Part shown: piece after piece, positions 1-16,603 of the stretch
How positions within the stretch are numbered: the first letter of the stretch is position 1
How the letters are laid out: each line of letters opens with the position of its first letter
Assembly (NCBI GenBank): GCA_964016885.1
Contig: OZ024740.1
Span: 334,862,001 to 334,926,000 of the forward strand
Source of the DNA: Eledone cirrhosa
Taxonomy: Eukaryota
Direction: 5' to 3'
DNA length: 64,000 nt
The notes under the pieces: model-generated
Seen by the model: the letters and a program-made list of their open reading frames with translations, nothing else
What the model was told of the DNA's origin: nothing
Database searches by the model: none
Made by a program: the position numbers and the translations under genes

Positions 1-105
1 CAGAAAGCATTGATTAAGCATATACAAATATACTTTATTACAATGTCTTAGATATGCACACGCATATATATGTATATATATACACGCAAAGCTCGCACGC
101 ACACA

Positions 106-250
<145 letters not shown>

Positions 251-1619
251 CTTTATCTCGGGTTCAATCGGGGTAACCCCAGTCGGTAAGGTACTCAATA
301 CAGAGCGGAGTATAAATATTTAATATATATTTTATATATATATATATTTCTTTTATAAAGATAATATCAGAAGAAAAATGACCTTCTTTTGTATGGCAAC
401 GTCCAATAAATAGTTTTCATATTTCATCAGTGAAGGGTAATGGAACACGATATGTTTCCCGAATTCCAATTCTTAGCAAAATTCTAAGAATGTATATATT
501 TTTATTTATCATGTGTTATTTTAATATTAATAAGAATAAATATCATAAGATTAAAATTCATTATTCGAATTTTCACATGACATATGCTGTTTAGAACACG
601 TTTATCCATCATACGTGAATAAAACTGACATCGCCATGAATAAATCCGTCCTTAGTATATTCAATTACCATACTGAAATGAACACGAATAAATTAGTTTC
701 TACTATCGCTTAATTCAGTGTCAAATAACAAAAATAGTACTAATATAGATTAATTTCAGTGCCATTTTGTAGGAGGGATATTAGGATCAACAAATTCTTC
801 AGATATTCCCATGTATTATATCCGATCTGTTGTGAGCAAATATATATCAGTACAGATAGCTTATTAATTGAGGATTTACCAAATGATCTTATATTATTCC
901 AAACATTGTCACAAAATATTCCATCGCATAAGAGTAATGCTTTAACTAGTCAAATACTGTGTTTAAAGTCTTCAGGTTACATAAAATGTTAAAACCTCAC
1001 TAAGCCAAAGTAATACAAAGATAAACCTATAATGTAATATTGCCTAATCTTTAATATATCTTTATTGTGAACATGACATGAAGTGAACGAAATGTGTTTT
1101 TTAGCAGATAGTATGATAATTTCTCAAATATGTTATGATACTATCATTTCGCAAACATTTTTATCAAAATAATTACACTGAAAATATACACAAAATAAGA
1201 TGTATTCTCAAAACGACAATATATTTTAGAATAAAAAAACAACAAAAACATTAATCAATTGCATCTGATATGACTAAACAATGACTTCAAAAGCTTGAGT
1301 CGTCAGTGAGTGAATAACAGTTATAAAGAATATACCTATAAATATCCACTCTCAGGCCAAAGCATCGACAAGCTATATTTGTGGAAGACCAGCTGTCAGC
1401 CATACACATCAATCGTCCTACATGGTACCACCTATCTTGTCCTAATGCCGATACTCATTTTCCCAACCAAGGTAGCGGGAGCAACAGGAAATAATGTGTA
1501 TTGCTCAGGAATACAACCGACTTCTGGTCCGTTAATTGAACTAACTATTTCTAAGCTACGCAGGAATCACACAGGCACAAATTCACATACACACACTCAT
1601 GCACACACCCACACACATA

Positions 1620-1749
<130 letters not shown>

Positions 1750-2399
1750 ATGTTTGAGAGGGAGAGGGAGAGATAGGGGTAAATGCCCGGGCGTGTCGCC
1801 TAGCGGTTTCGGCTGGTATTCCGAAAATCCTTTTCAATTGTGTACTGTGGTATGAATATTTTTCTCAAATTTATGTACCAAGCCGTTTGGTGGAATGCGT
1901 GGAATTAGGTCATTTTCTGCCTTGGTCAGCGAATGGTGTTAGCTTACGCCCAGATGTGTCATTGTGAAAATTTGGCAAGGGAATATTGTACTGAGCTAAG
2001 GGAGAGGATAGGCGAACCGGGAGGTTAGAGAATGGTAGATGTGTCTATATAGGCTAAATATTACGATAAGTAAATAATGTGGGTCGTGTGTCATAAAAGA
2101 TCCCCAAATGTAAATATAGGTGTCAATGAGAAACTAGTTCAAAGCAATGTCTGACGATACATATACGTATGAATATGTAGTAGCATCTGGTTATTGTTTT
2201 AACAAAGAACACTTCTACAAACAAGCCTACAAAACATATCACATAGTATTATCAACATTATGAACATTAGAAGACTAGTTATTTTCAAGTGGAACCTCAT
2301 CAATATATTCACAAATATCACAAACCTAAATAGCTTTAATCTCCTTGATATCCTCATAAACCTGGATAATAATAATTGGTTGTAAATTACAAACGACAG

Positions 2400-2850
2400 G
2401 AGGTGATATCTGACGTTTGATAAGTTTGATGCCGAGTGCTGCATGACTGAAATGAAAATCAGTGCTGCGAAAATTGAGGGACTCGCCCTCTGTAAGTGTC
2501 CAGCGCAGTTTGATCCATTACAGCGCCAGCTTCAGCATTCGTTAATCAGAAGAATGGAGGTAGGTGTAAAAGCAAAACTCACTATCTTCAATTAGGTATT
2601 TGTGTCAACACTTATCTATTGTCATGTATCATTGGTAATAACTGAGGGAATATGATCGGGAATAAAAGTGGCTGAAATGGAGTTCTTCCGAAGGGTCTGT
2701 GGAGTAACGATATTCGATACAGTGCGTAGCACAGAGATTAGAAAGTCACTCCAAGTAAGGGCGCTACTTCTCCGAATTGTGATATCACCGCTCTGATACT
2801 ATAGTTATGTTGTAAGAATTGCGGGATAGATTTTACGCCGGAGGCGCTGG
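2400..2850 (+). mobile_element. RTE-clade LINE fragment (Expander/Rex3-like), RT C-terminal region
   Basis: KAKLTIFN*VFVSTLIYCHVSLVITE..SGIKVAEMEFFRRVCGVTIFDTVRSTEIRKSLQVRALLLRI. Confidence 0.85.
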
Positions 2851-3113
2851 ATTAAACCCCGAGCAATAATGACATTGACATCCAATTAGTACTTCATATT
2901 ATCAAAATGGTCAACAGTAGGAAAAACCACTACTTATAGCTATATATATATATATATATGATCATGTATCTATCTATCTTCATACAATATATTTTTACTT
3001 AACTACGTATCTATATATCTACATACCTATATATTTATCTATCTATATATCTAGCTAGCTAGCTACACACCTACCTATCTATCAGTATCCCCCCCTCTCT
3101 CCATATAACATAC

Positions 3114-3210
<97 letters not shown>

Positions 3211-3712
3211 TTTTGAGTATATGTTGGTTGTTTACAGACACCGTAGCGTGCAGGTTGGAGCACTCGACGATGTACACAGGTTGGTTTGTTTACTCCGGAC
3301 TAATGTAAAATAATTAAGTCAAATATGTAAAATTTGGCTTCGTTTATTATAAATTATAGATATACTGCTATATATATTTCGGTGACACCCATCATTGGCT
3401 ATAACTTCTTCAGGCAGTCTGAATTGGTGTGGAAAAGACAGGTACACATGTTGTTGAAGTGTGTTTTACTCCATCAATACATCGATATGTCCAGCTTCTG
3501 GTTGTGTTGTTCTTCCTCTGAGGAACTGGGCTGGACATATCGATGGATTGACGGAGTAAAACATACTTCAACAACATGGGTACCTAACTTTTCCACACCA
3601 ATTCGGACTGCCTGAAGAGGTCACAGCCAATGACGGCTGTCACCGAAATATATATAGCAATATATCTATAATTTATAATAAGCGAAGCCTAATTTTACAT
3701 ATTTGACTTAAT

Positions 3713-3719
<7 letters not shown>
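3211..3719. mobile_element. Fold-back HHR element: arms 3306-3495 / 3530-3719, unpaired tail 3211-3305
   Basis: Arms are reverse complements with scattered mismatches, one HHR per arm, flanked by (TA)n/(GA)n. Confidence 0.85.
3607..3661 (+). ncRNA. Minimal type I hammerhead ribozyme (mirror copy on - strand at 3364-3418)
   Basis: ACTGC CTGAAGA GGTCACAGCC aatgac GGCTGTCACC GAAA TATATATA GCAAT. The - strand copy has a perfect stem I (ACTGC/GCAGT). Confidence 0.8.
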
Positions 3720-3761
<42 letters not shown>

Positions 3762-4368
3762 TACCTAACTATATATCCATCTAAATGCCACGCTATCTAT
3801 CTAATTATGTAGATAACTATTTATCTGTTTATATAATTCAATGTATATATCTTTATCTGTCAGTTTAGTAGATATATCTGATAATGCTCGAAATAAATAT
3901 GATGATTACCAGGGAAGCAAGAAGTTCAACGAAAAATGGTGTTTCAAGCATCATTACATGGAACGTTGTAATCATGGAATTATTAAGTTAGATATTTTTG
4001 TTATCATAAACCTCTGCATTTTATACTGGTATTATGTTTGTTTAATTATATAAATTCTCAGAAGAGTACATTGTCAACAGATTGCCTAACTACTACGATG
4101 TCACATTCATTTTGAAAGGTTTCAACGATGAAATACACAACGATGAAAAACACAATCAAAGGTTCTAAAATCCAACACAAATGATGCAAACGTGAAATGT
4201 TATGTTTCAGAACAGCTTTTCGTCTCACTGCAAGAAAAATACCCGCCAGTATCTTTCTTTTCATTCTGATATGAAGTCACTTCAAAATAAAAAAAATGCG
4301 CCAAAATATTCATCAGAAAGACTTCGAAATAGTAGACGGTATCCTCCTTGATAATTCATTTAATACAA

Positions 4369-4555
4369 ATAATTGTTTCTACTTTTGGCACAAGGCCAGC
4401 CATAACCCAGTACATTACTGGTACTTAATTTTATCGACCCCGTAAGGATGAAAGGCAAAGTTAAACTAGAGGGGATTTGAACTCTGACGGTAAAGTGATG
4501 TAACTATGCTAGAAGGCATGGCGTCCAACCCGCTAGCGATACTGCCAATTCACCA
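4369..4555 (-). mobile_element. tRNA-derived SINE family A (Meta/MESC-like central domain)
   Basis: A/B-box head (TGGCAGTATCG..GAGTTCAAATCC), ACTTTGCCTTTCATCCTTACGGGGTCGATAAAAT core, GGCCTTGTGCCAAAAGTAGAAACAATT tail. Confidence 0.85.
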
Positions 4556-5043
4556 TAATACCAATCCTACTACCAACGCAAAAGTTTCACCTCCCCAAAT
4601 TTCTAACTGTTGAAATATTCGTTTGACTAATGGTTTTTTATGACATATGTAGGTGATATAAACTTATAAGTATATGTATATATACATATATATACAGTTC
4701 GGATATAGCTGTTGAAACCGGCGCCGGAGCTCACCATCGGAGTCCTGAATCTTTTCATAGATATATATATATATGTTGTTATAATTGGGGAGGGTGATAT
4801 TTGTGTAATATTGCCAGAATTAATAACAGAACACACTCACTGTTTGGTTGGTTTTCGCTTTTCGCTTCTGTGTCTTTTATATCGGTAATCTAATTTATTC
4901 GGTCCTCAATGTTGCCATTGACTGACCAACGGTCAAAAATAATACAGATACAATATAGACACAAACACATATATATAGTTTATCAAGTATAACAACATTT
5001 GTTTCGACACACGATTTCATATAATAAACATCGCAAAACTATA

Positions 5044-5158
<115 letters not shown>

Positions 5159-5489
5159 ATGTGTGCGTGCGTGTATGTATGCACAAACCCTAATTAATTA
5201 GTTTCGTATATATTGATATATATGTCAAATATTAGTTAAAATATTATACGTTATGGAATTTAAAAAGAAATATGGAGACAGCCACACACACACACACACG
5301 TACACACACACATACACACACATACATATGCATACATACATACATATATATATATAAGCTGTCACAATTCCTTTTGTTATGTATATATATATACAGATAG
5401 ATAAAAATAGATATGGATATAGAAATTTTAAAATATCAGAGACAAATATATCAGATATGTCTGTCAAGATTTATCCTTTTATATATATT

Positions 5490-5552
<63 letters not shown>

Positions 5553-5569
5553 TTGTGTGTATGTAAATA

Positions 5570-5787
5570 TCAGGAATGATCGACTTTCGTCAAATCGGAC
5601 CGAGGAAACAATGTTTCCATTGGTCTTTCCAGTTGCTAACATTATCTATCGGTCGCAAAGCCAGGTAGAAGGAGCAATGTGAAATAAAGTGTCTTGCTCA
5701 AGGACATAACGCATCGCCCTGTCCGGGAATCGAACTCACAATCTCACCATTGTGTATCCAATTCTCTAACCACTCAGCCACACGCCT
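5570..5787 (-). mobile_element. tRNA-derived SINE family B (CORE-like)
   Basis: Reverse complement: GGCGTGTGGCTGAGTGGTTAGAG (A box) .. GAGTTCGATTCCC (B box) .. GTCCTTGAGCAAGACACTTTATTTCACATTGCTCC. Confidence 0.8.
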
Positions 5788-5829
5788 TTATATATATATA
5801 TATATATATCACACACACATATATATGTT

Positions 5830-5914
<85 letters not shown>

Positions 5915-5918
5915 ATAA

Positions 5919-5985
<67 letters not shown>

Positions 5986-5988
<3 letters not shown>

Positions 5989-7617
5989 GATATTAAACAA
6001 ATGGAAACTATATTTATAAAACCATATTTATTTCGTTATATATATTTCTGGGATATCATATTAAAAATATGGTATGCCTTCCTCAGACAAAATACAATAT
6101 ATAATCTGTTTTATAAATAATTTTGACATACCTTAGAATAATGCAACTTCCATTTAAAAAGTTGATTTGGTAGTGAAACTGTTGAGGACAGTTATAGAGA
6201 AAGAAAGACGAAGAAAAACGAAGATAAAAAGAAGAAGATGAAGAGATGTATGTAAAGAAAAACAACAGAGCGAGATAGAGAGAGAAGGAGATATGGGAGA
6301 GAGAAATATATTGAAGAAGTGAAAAGAATATAGTAGGCAGCTTTGGGACAGATGATCCTCGTACAAGTGAGAGGTTAGGAGGGAAGGGATACAGTTAAAA
6401 TAGCCGACAGATAAATCACGTCCAGTGTAGAGGAGAAAAAGAAAGAAAGATGATATATTTAAAATATATATATAAAATATATTATGTCTCATCCATTTGA
6501 ATTATCAATTTTTATGAATTAGGTATTATAATGTAAATATCAATATTCATGAATGAGACACATATCCATAATGTGTGAAGAAAAAAAAAAAAAAAAAAAA
6601 TGACCCCATGCTTAGTTTAAAAATTCTTAGGTCTATAAGCAAAATCTGAGACAAAACTTCAAACATAAGTATATATGCATTCTCATGAAAAAAGAAAAAA
6701 GAGAAAAGAGAAGGTTATCTCAAATTCATGAAAAATAAGAATCTGCGGAGCATATCACGTAAGTTCACATGTGTGTCTATAATTATCAACTTGAATTTGA
6801 GATAACCTTCTCTTTTCTCTTTTTTCTTTTTTCATGAGAATGCATATATACTTATGTTTGAAGTTTTGTCTCAGATTTTGCTTATAGACCTAAGAATTTT
6901 TAAACTAAGCATGGGGTCATTTTTTTTTTTTTTTTTTTTCTTCACATATTATGGATATGTGTCTCATTCATGAATATTGATATTTACATTATAATACCTA
7001 ATTCATAAAAATTGATAATTCAAATGGATGAGACATAATATATTTTATATATATATTTTAAATATATCATCTTTCTTTCTTTTTCTCCTCTACACTGGAC
7101 GTGATTTATCTGTCTGCTATTTTAACTGTATCCCTTCCCTCCTAACCTCTCACTTGTACGAGGATCATCTGTCCCAAAGCTGCCTACTATATTCTTTTCA
7201 CTTCTTCAATATATTTCTCTCTCCCATATCTCCTTCTCTCTCTATCTCGCTCTGTTGTTTTTCTTTACATACATCTCTTCATCTTCTTCTTTTTATCTTC
7301 GTTTTTCTTCGTCTTTCTTTCTCTATAACTGTCCTCAACAGTTTCACTACCAAATCAACTGTTTAAATGGAAGTTGCATTATTCTAAGGTATGTCAAAAT
7401 TATTTATAAAACAGATTATATATTGTATTTTGTCTGAGGAAGGCATACCATATTTTTAATATGATATCCCAGAAATATATATAACGAAATAAATATGGTT
7501 TTATAAATATAGTTTCCATTTGTTTAATATCGTAAACCTACTCCAAAAACTGTTGAGTGCTTTTATATCAGTTATAAAATATTTACTCGTTGACCCAACA
7601 ATTTTAAATAAATCTTT

Positions 7618-7620
<3 letters not shown>
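5986..7620. mobile_element. Large fold-back HHR element: ~743-bp arms 5986-6728 / 6792-7534, tail 7535-7620
   Basis: Near-identical arms. The ORF track gives mirrored 112-aa and 60-aa ORFs; I saw three substitutions and a poly-A length difference. (TA)n on both sides. Confidence 0.92.
7427..7490 (+). ncRNA. Minimal type I hammerhead ribozyme (mirror copy on - strand at 6030-6093)
   Basis: ATTTTGT CTGAGGA [imperfect stem II] GAAA TATATATA ACGAAAT, overlapping AATAAA. Confidence 0.7.
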
Positions 7621-7701
<81 letters not shown>

Positions 7702-7961
7702 GAGAATTCATGTGTGCATGGCCTTACTGTTAGACTTTCTGTTATATATGTATAGCTATATCTGACTGACCAGGCATTACCATAACCTTTTCCCCCATCT
7801 ATCTATCGGTCAATAAACGTATCCCACCCTCTGTCTCTCTGTCTCTCTCTGTTTCTCTCCGTCTCTCTATCTCTCTGTTCCTATCTCCCCCTCTCTCTCT
7901 CACTTTATGTATATATATATATAATTACACACAGATATATAAATATACACACACATATATA

Positions 7962-8025
<64 letters not shown>

Positions 8026-8059
8026 CACACAGATATATAAATATACACACACATATATA

Positions 8060-8143
<84 letters not shown>

Positions 8144-8185
8144 TATATATATACATATATATATACATATATATATATAAATATA

Positions 8186-8253
<68 letters not shown>

Positions 8254-8298
8254 AACAATACAATATAATTACATCATTACCAGAGGTTTCCCGAATAT

Positions 8299-9020
8299 AT
8301 ATATAAGATAGTAAGTCGTTAGAATCATTTGATAAAATATATACAGTATTTCTTCTCCCAATCAGCATAATCAACCACATAAAAATCAATTAAATGAGGC
8401 TATAAGTTTAAAATGTACCTATGAAGAAACAATAGATAAATAAATGATAGCTATTTTATTCGCGATACACAGCCACAGAAGATTTACCTAGTATTTCTCA
8501 TAGGCCGTAGAAATTGACTAGACATATAGTTAACCATACACAATTAGGTACAAAATCAAAGTTAGAAGAAAAAATGTACATAAAAATACCAAATTCATGT
8601 TTCTACTCCCGGATATTTCCAAAAAGCGAATGAAACATCCGGGGTAGAAACATGAATTTGGTATGTTTATGTACATTTTTTCTTATAACTTTGATTTTGT
8701 ACCTAATTGTGTATGGTTAACTATATGTCTAGTCAATTTCTACGGGTTATTAGAAATACTAGGTAAATCTTCTGTGGCTGTGTATCGCGAATAAAATAGC
8801 TATCATTTATTTATCTATTGTTTCTTCATAGGTACATTTTAAACTTATAGCCTCGTTTAATTGATTTGTTATGTGGTTGATTATGCTGATTGGGAGAAGA
8901 AATAATGTATATATTTTATTAAATGATTCTATGGACTTACTTTCTTATATATTGCTCTGATTGTTGATTATTTAATTATTAATTTGTCATTAGCCACAAC
9001 GTGAAGGGTTGCCAAAAAGA
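8299..9020. repeat. Fold-back element: arms 8299-8614 / 8637-8952, tail to ~9020
   Basis: Reverse-complement arms of ~315 bp with several mismatches; the central hairpin is followed by GAAA-CATG (8647-8654). Confidence 0.85.
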
Positions 9021-9096
9021 TATATATTTATATATATATGGCTCTGTCTAGTTTAGGTATATGTAAACATCTCTCTCTCTCTATATATATATATGT

Positions 9097-9209
<113 letters not shown>

Positions 9210-10457
9210 TATATAATTAACGTGGCAATTACTCAGAATTAATTCTGTAAATCTAGTATATATATATCAAATATATTACTGACCTATGCCCGCTGTTATT
9301 GATATATTTTTAATCGGTAAACCCTGTTCACATGAACAAACCTAAGACCGATATAACTGTATGTAGGTATATGATCGTTTGAGGGGATTGAAAAAATGTA
9401 ATGTCACCCAAAGCACTATATACCGGTGCTGAAGTGTCTAATGCGTGAACTCGGATGGCTTAAACGTTATATGTATATATATATTTATGTATACGTATAT
9501 ATATGTATATATATATATATATGTATGTACATATATATATTGTGTGTGTGTGTATGCTTAGAAATGTGTCTGTGTTTGTGTGACTGTATGCGTACATGCG
9601 TGTGTGTGAGTGATAGAGAGAGAAGAAATAGACCCACTTCAGTCAAGGACCATGGGATATATATTTAGAGAATATCCCTTCCGATGGAAGGTGTTTTGCC
9701 AGGCAAAGTGTTTTTGTGAAAGATCTGCTATCGTTCGTGCATTTCAGTCTCCTCTGTCCACGCCACCGATGTTATTTTGTCCAATGGAAAGAGAAAGATC
9801 GAAACGGCTGGGCTCCAGTTACCTCACAACACATTTCTACGACTGAGTTAACTGGAGCCAAGGGAAATATAATGTCTTGCTCAAGAACAGAACGCATCCA
9901 TCGGTCCGGAAATTGTATTCTAAAGCCAACCCTTTAATCACTAAGCCACGCGCGCTTTCATATATATGATCATATAAGGGAAGCATACACTCACTCTCAC
10001 ATACACCGAAAATAACCTTTCAGCCACGTTATGCGCCGACGCCTAAATCATACTGCGCAATGTTCCAAAAGGGCTGAATACACAAATGTTCTCCGCATGC
10101 AAAAGAAAAGAAACAATTTTTTTCCTGTTTTTTTTTCAACATATAAACGTCTATCTTCCTATTTCATCTATTTTCGTTTATTTTTTTTTTTAGATTATTC
10201 TATCTATCCTCCGAATGGAGACGAATATCCGAAAGATTAAGACTCTTTACCTAATATAAACCACCTTTGTATTGTATTTTCCTGCCATGCTGAATTCTAT
10301 CATCCACACATACATGCATATACACAAACACAAGTGCGCACACGCACACACTCACACATACACACGCGCGCGCACACATACACACACACACATATATATA
10401 TATATATATGTTCATATTTATATATACATGTATATATATATATATATATAAATATAC

Positions 10458-10559
<102 letters not shown>

Positions 10560-13409
10560 CATTTATATATATATACATTTATATATATATATATTTATAT
10601 ATATATGTGTGTATATATATATACATACCTAAATATATATATTCATATTCAATCTATATATATGTGCTGTATTTTTGTTTGTTTGCCTCTGTGGTTATGC
10701 ATTTATATATTCCCATTGAGTAAGAATCTAGATCATAATCTAAATTTTTCTTTACCTACTCTGGAACTCTTTACTTAATAATTATAAATACCCTTTCCCG
10801 CTATCTATCTTTGTATTATCAAATGTTTTCTGTTTTTTATTGTATTTGTTTCTTGCATAATGCCTTTTTTCGTGTAATCGGATATGTAGATATAATGGTA
10901 TATCATTGCTGTTATACACAAGAATTATATAACGGCTAAAGTGGAGTATATTGTAACATAAAATGGCATCTATAATGATATTTGTGGCAATAATCTTTGT
11001 TGCATCATTTGTAAACTTAGCATTTTATTTTTTATTTTTTCATATAGTTATTATGTTTTTGTTACTCGAATCTTTGATATTTTAAGTTAGTATATATAAT
11101 AATTTTAACCGTCTTGTTCACAAATATTGAGAGTTATATTTATTGGCATGTTAATGTTCTTGCTGTGGGTATTAATATAATAGCTAATAGTGGTAATGGC
11201 GCTGATAATCTTGTTATCGTAGTTGTTATTGTTCCCTTTCAGAACAACCTCGACCGAACTTAACTATGACTATCAATGATATTTCGCTCTTCAAAAGTTT
11301 CTGTTTCTACATCTAGAGCTTTATTGTCCAATGTTCTATTTCCATTTTTTTAAACCAGATATTTTGAGAGATATTTGACTGTTATGTCAAACGACCAAAT
11401 AGAGTGTCCCTCGCAGATTTATGTAATTGTTGACGTAGTTGGTGTTGGTGGCGATATTGTTTACTGTCTTAGTTGTTGCTATACGGACGACGTGATGTTT
11501 GATTGTGGTAGCATTTCGGGTGAGAATGTTAGAGAAGTGAAATATAATGGACTTCTCAGTGGCATGCTTGCCTATGTTGGTATTTTTTGGTGAAGGCAAT
11601 CATATTGATATTTTTCATTCTAATTTTTATTTTAAAAATTTCACCTTTTGTAGAGAATGTTACGTTTGACAATATAATTTTGCAGTTTTGCTCCTTTCTT
11701 TTAGTCTTAACATACATTTGATAAACGATTTGCTGGTGATTTCGTTGTAGAAGCAATATTAGTAGTTGTAGTTGTTGATTTTGTTGATGTTTCGGCAGCG
11801 GTGATATCGGCAGCAGCAGCAAGAATTGCAGAAGAGGTAACATATTTATCGTCTGCCTGTCATCAGAGCCCAACACTGCTGCCTACATCTCAACACATGT
11901 AAAATCACCACCAAACGGCGTAGAGTGTATGAGTTGTCCTGTAAAATTCCCTCACTCAGTTTATTTGTAAACTTCCACTGAAAAAGAACCAGAAAACTTT
12001 CTCTCAATAACTTCAATGAAACGAAACAGAATAGCTATGATAATAACCTACAAGCACCTGCAATCATGCAGCAAATCAAACACACATGGTAATATAGCAC
12101 AACTCTAGAGTAAAATAGTTTGCTTTTAAGAACAATCGCAAAAATGTTTTATATCATTTCTGTCCTTAATGTATTGTTTAATTTACTCTCAATGCGTTTG
12201 CCCTTTATTCGACAGTTCTGATAAACTGAAGCATGTTGCATCAAAGTGTACTTTTATAAAAATTGCTCTACATTGTACATTTTTCTTTATGTTTACGGAA
12301 ACTGGATATAAATGATATCATGGAATGCGGTGGAAGAAGCGTGATACTTAATGAAGACATAGAATTATAGTGTTTTTCTTCCTGTGTTAGAAAGTATGTT
12401 CAGTTAAGAAAAGACGGAAGGATTGAAAATCATAATGTGAAGCGCTAAGAATGTGAATTCATTAGCACAATATATGGTTGCAAATGTTTTGGGCTTAATA
12501 TACGTGTATCGTGCTCTATATATGTTTTGCAAATTATACGTCTCTCATGGAACAAGGTTACAAACGACGTTTATTTGGCTACTAAATCGAATCAGATCAA
12601 TATGAGAGAAATTACAATATTATAATTCATATGATGTGACAAAGAACTTTAACTAGTATGAATCGGAAGAGAGAAGATACATATTTCAAGATATACAGAG
12701 GTTGGGGAAGTAGAGTGTAAGTTGGCACGTAATCTCATTCTCATAAGTATCGCAGATAAAACTCCATCTCATTTGTTGTCTTAAACTCACTAAGGCGTAG
12801 ATTCCCACCAAACAAGCAATCTAATTGTAAATCAAAATCGAAATTGTTTAACGATATAATTTATTGGGCAGTTAATCAAATCCATTACACAGATTATAAA
12901 GATTCACTGCCAATTTTATAACAATAATATTCACACATATGTACAATTATAAAATGTTCCTATTCTGTATTATCAATGATACCTGGTTGAGCAGGCGTAT
13001 ATTTCCAACAATACCAACTGTAAATATATCTTTTTTTTTTAAACAGAGTATATACATATGAGCACATTTTCCTCTGTGTCTGTCTTTTTTTACGTCTACC
13101 ATTATGATTTTGAGAGTTTACATATTACTTCTGACAGCGCGAGTTCTTATGTTGACCTTCCCTCTTTTCATGCTGATGCTAATAAATCATGTACGTCTCC
13201 CAAGTTATAACATTTTCATATATGGGATCATTTTCTATATACTAACTTCAAGATATAAATTCTATTGTCAATTTATGTCTAAAATGTTGAGGTAAATTCT
13301 GAAATATGCCTCTGAGATATGTAAAACTCTATCGAAATTAACATGTTGTATCTTTATATGAGAAAATCATATATATATAAATATACATGCGGATGTGAGT
13401 GTGTAGGGG

Positions 13410-13474
<65 letters not shown>

Positions 13475-15104
13475 ATAATACTAACTGTGACCAACTGTAT
13501 GAGATAATGAAACACCTAGAGATTACCATGTTAAAGTTAATATATTCCAAATTTATTACACATCCCGCTTTATAAGAGTTTGAACCAATAAGTTTCTTAG
13601 CCTGAGTGGTAGTAGTCATAAACATAAAACCTGATGCGAGAACAGTTAATTAAAATATTCTGCTACAATATCTACTTAAATTCTTTAGGCGTTAATATTA
13701 AGAGGCACAGAAGGTGAACAACAGCCTCTAACGTTTGAACAGTGAATTACTTACTTCGCAATATTTATATATTAATACAGTTTAAGCTGCAGGTAAATGC
13801 AATGAGCATATGCAAAGACTAACTTTTAGCAAATATTTTGTATACGTGTTCCTTTCTTAGCATTCCAGGAAAAGTATTAAAGCCATATACCCGCAGGACA
13901 TATGCAAAGATTTTATATAGATGTATTAAGTATATTTCGCATTCATATATAGAATTATATACACGAGTAGTTTATAGATTTCCTACATCATACATGAACT
14001 TATATATTGGGAAATCATATTTAACTCGCTACTTTCATAACAAAAATAGTAAATTTCTTCGTAAGAATTTGACGTTTGCTACGTTTAATACATATAATGA
14101 CATATACTCGCAAACAATAAAAGTAACACACAGTTATGTGCACATATTTATACATCTTCAACATATATATATAGTATAAACAAGCGAAAAATCAGTGATG
14201 CATCTGGACTCAGTATATTGCGTGTTACAATTGTTTCGCCGGCAGGTAGCTCGAGACATTATCACTATATGGATCTGGCTGATTCTTCGGATGTAGGTTC
14301 CCTCGGACACGGGTAGTTCGTTCGGAGCAAAATTTTCTCACTGGGGTGTTATAGTCAAAAGAATACGTTAAAAAAACATCTTCCACTGTTGTCATGCCAT
14401 TGGCTGTTGCTAATCCACGTCATCTTAAGTTCTGGTCACTATTTACTGCAACAGGGGTCATCAGCCATTTTCCGTCCGACACACTTCAATAGAGTCATGC
14501 TGGGTTCGGTATCTCACACGTGTGTTCACACTCCAGAGTATGTACCCAGACATAACACACACACATATACACACACACGGGCAGGCACAGACACATGCGT
14601 GCATACATAAATGTACGCATACATGTGTAGACATGCATACCACCATGCACGCACACACTCTTCCTCTCTTCCACAAACCAAGCCTATTAGCGCCTGCTTA
14701 AACCGCGCCATACATCCGGCACCACATGCACGCAAACGCGCAGACACACACGTCTGTATACACACACACCTTTATATACACCCGTATATAAACACATAGA
14801 CAAACCCTGTCCTATGTGGGCGTACGTACGCGCCCACACCCGCTGACAGATTCTCACACCATATATATTTTTTTTTTTATTTATATGTGTGTGTGTACAT
14901 AGACACACACACATATACACACGCATGCAGACACACACGTATACCCATATACATATATGTATACGCACACATACATACATATACATACACGCACATTCAC
15001 ATAGAAACTTATATGCACATATGTCCATATGTGTACACACACCCACGCAAACATAAACATATACACACACATACGCGCGCACACATACCTACGCACAACC
15101 TTAT

Positions 15105-15135
<31 letters not shown>

Positions 15136-15254
15136 AACCAACCAAACAGTGAGTGTGTTCTGTTATTAATTCTGGCAATATTACGCAAATATGACGCTCC
15201 CCAAGTATAACAATATCTGTTTCGACACACGATTTCATATAAAAAACCTCGCAA

Positions 15255-15293
<39 letters not shown>

Positions 15294-15546
15294 CTTACAA
15301 ACTACACATACTTACACATAACTAGATACACACATACACACACATATATATATATAAAAACACTCTACATGCATACCCACATATATACATACATATATGC
15401 ATGCAGACGTATATATACGTATATATACATCTACATACATATACGTACGCATGTGGCCGTCCGTGTGCGTATGTATATGTATGTAGATGTATATATGTAT
15501 GCATGCATATGTGTATGTATATATGTGGGTGTGCGTATGCATATAG

Positions 15547-16603
<1,057 letters not shown>

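Noticed and set aside
1750-2190. Higher-complexity island next to microsatellites, possibly a retroelement ORF remnant
   Set aside because: No frame gave a motif I could identify with confidence.
5700-5787. tRNA gene
   Set aside because: The A/B boxes belong to SINE heads that continue into SINE core sequence; no complete cloverleaf.
6154-7366. Twin 112-aa ORFs on opposite strands, resembling a duplicated gene
   Set aside because: A by-product of the palindrome; low-complexity CT-rich sequence with no recognisable domain.
5986-7534. Palindromes as sequencing or amplification fold-back artefacts
   Set aside because: Arms differ by substitutions to varying degrees, end at microsatellites, have one-sided tails and show consistent HHR polarity. 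An artefact is unlikely for the set, though not excluded for this youngest one without reads.
11850-12100. Possible host exon in non-repetitive sequence (also 46850-47070 and 57950-58060)
   Set aside because: No recognisable protein motif or convincing splice-site pair; small exons cannot be excluded without RNA-seq.
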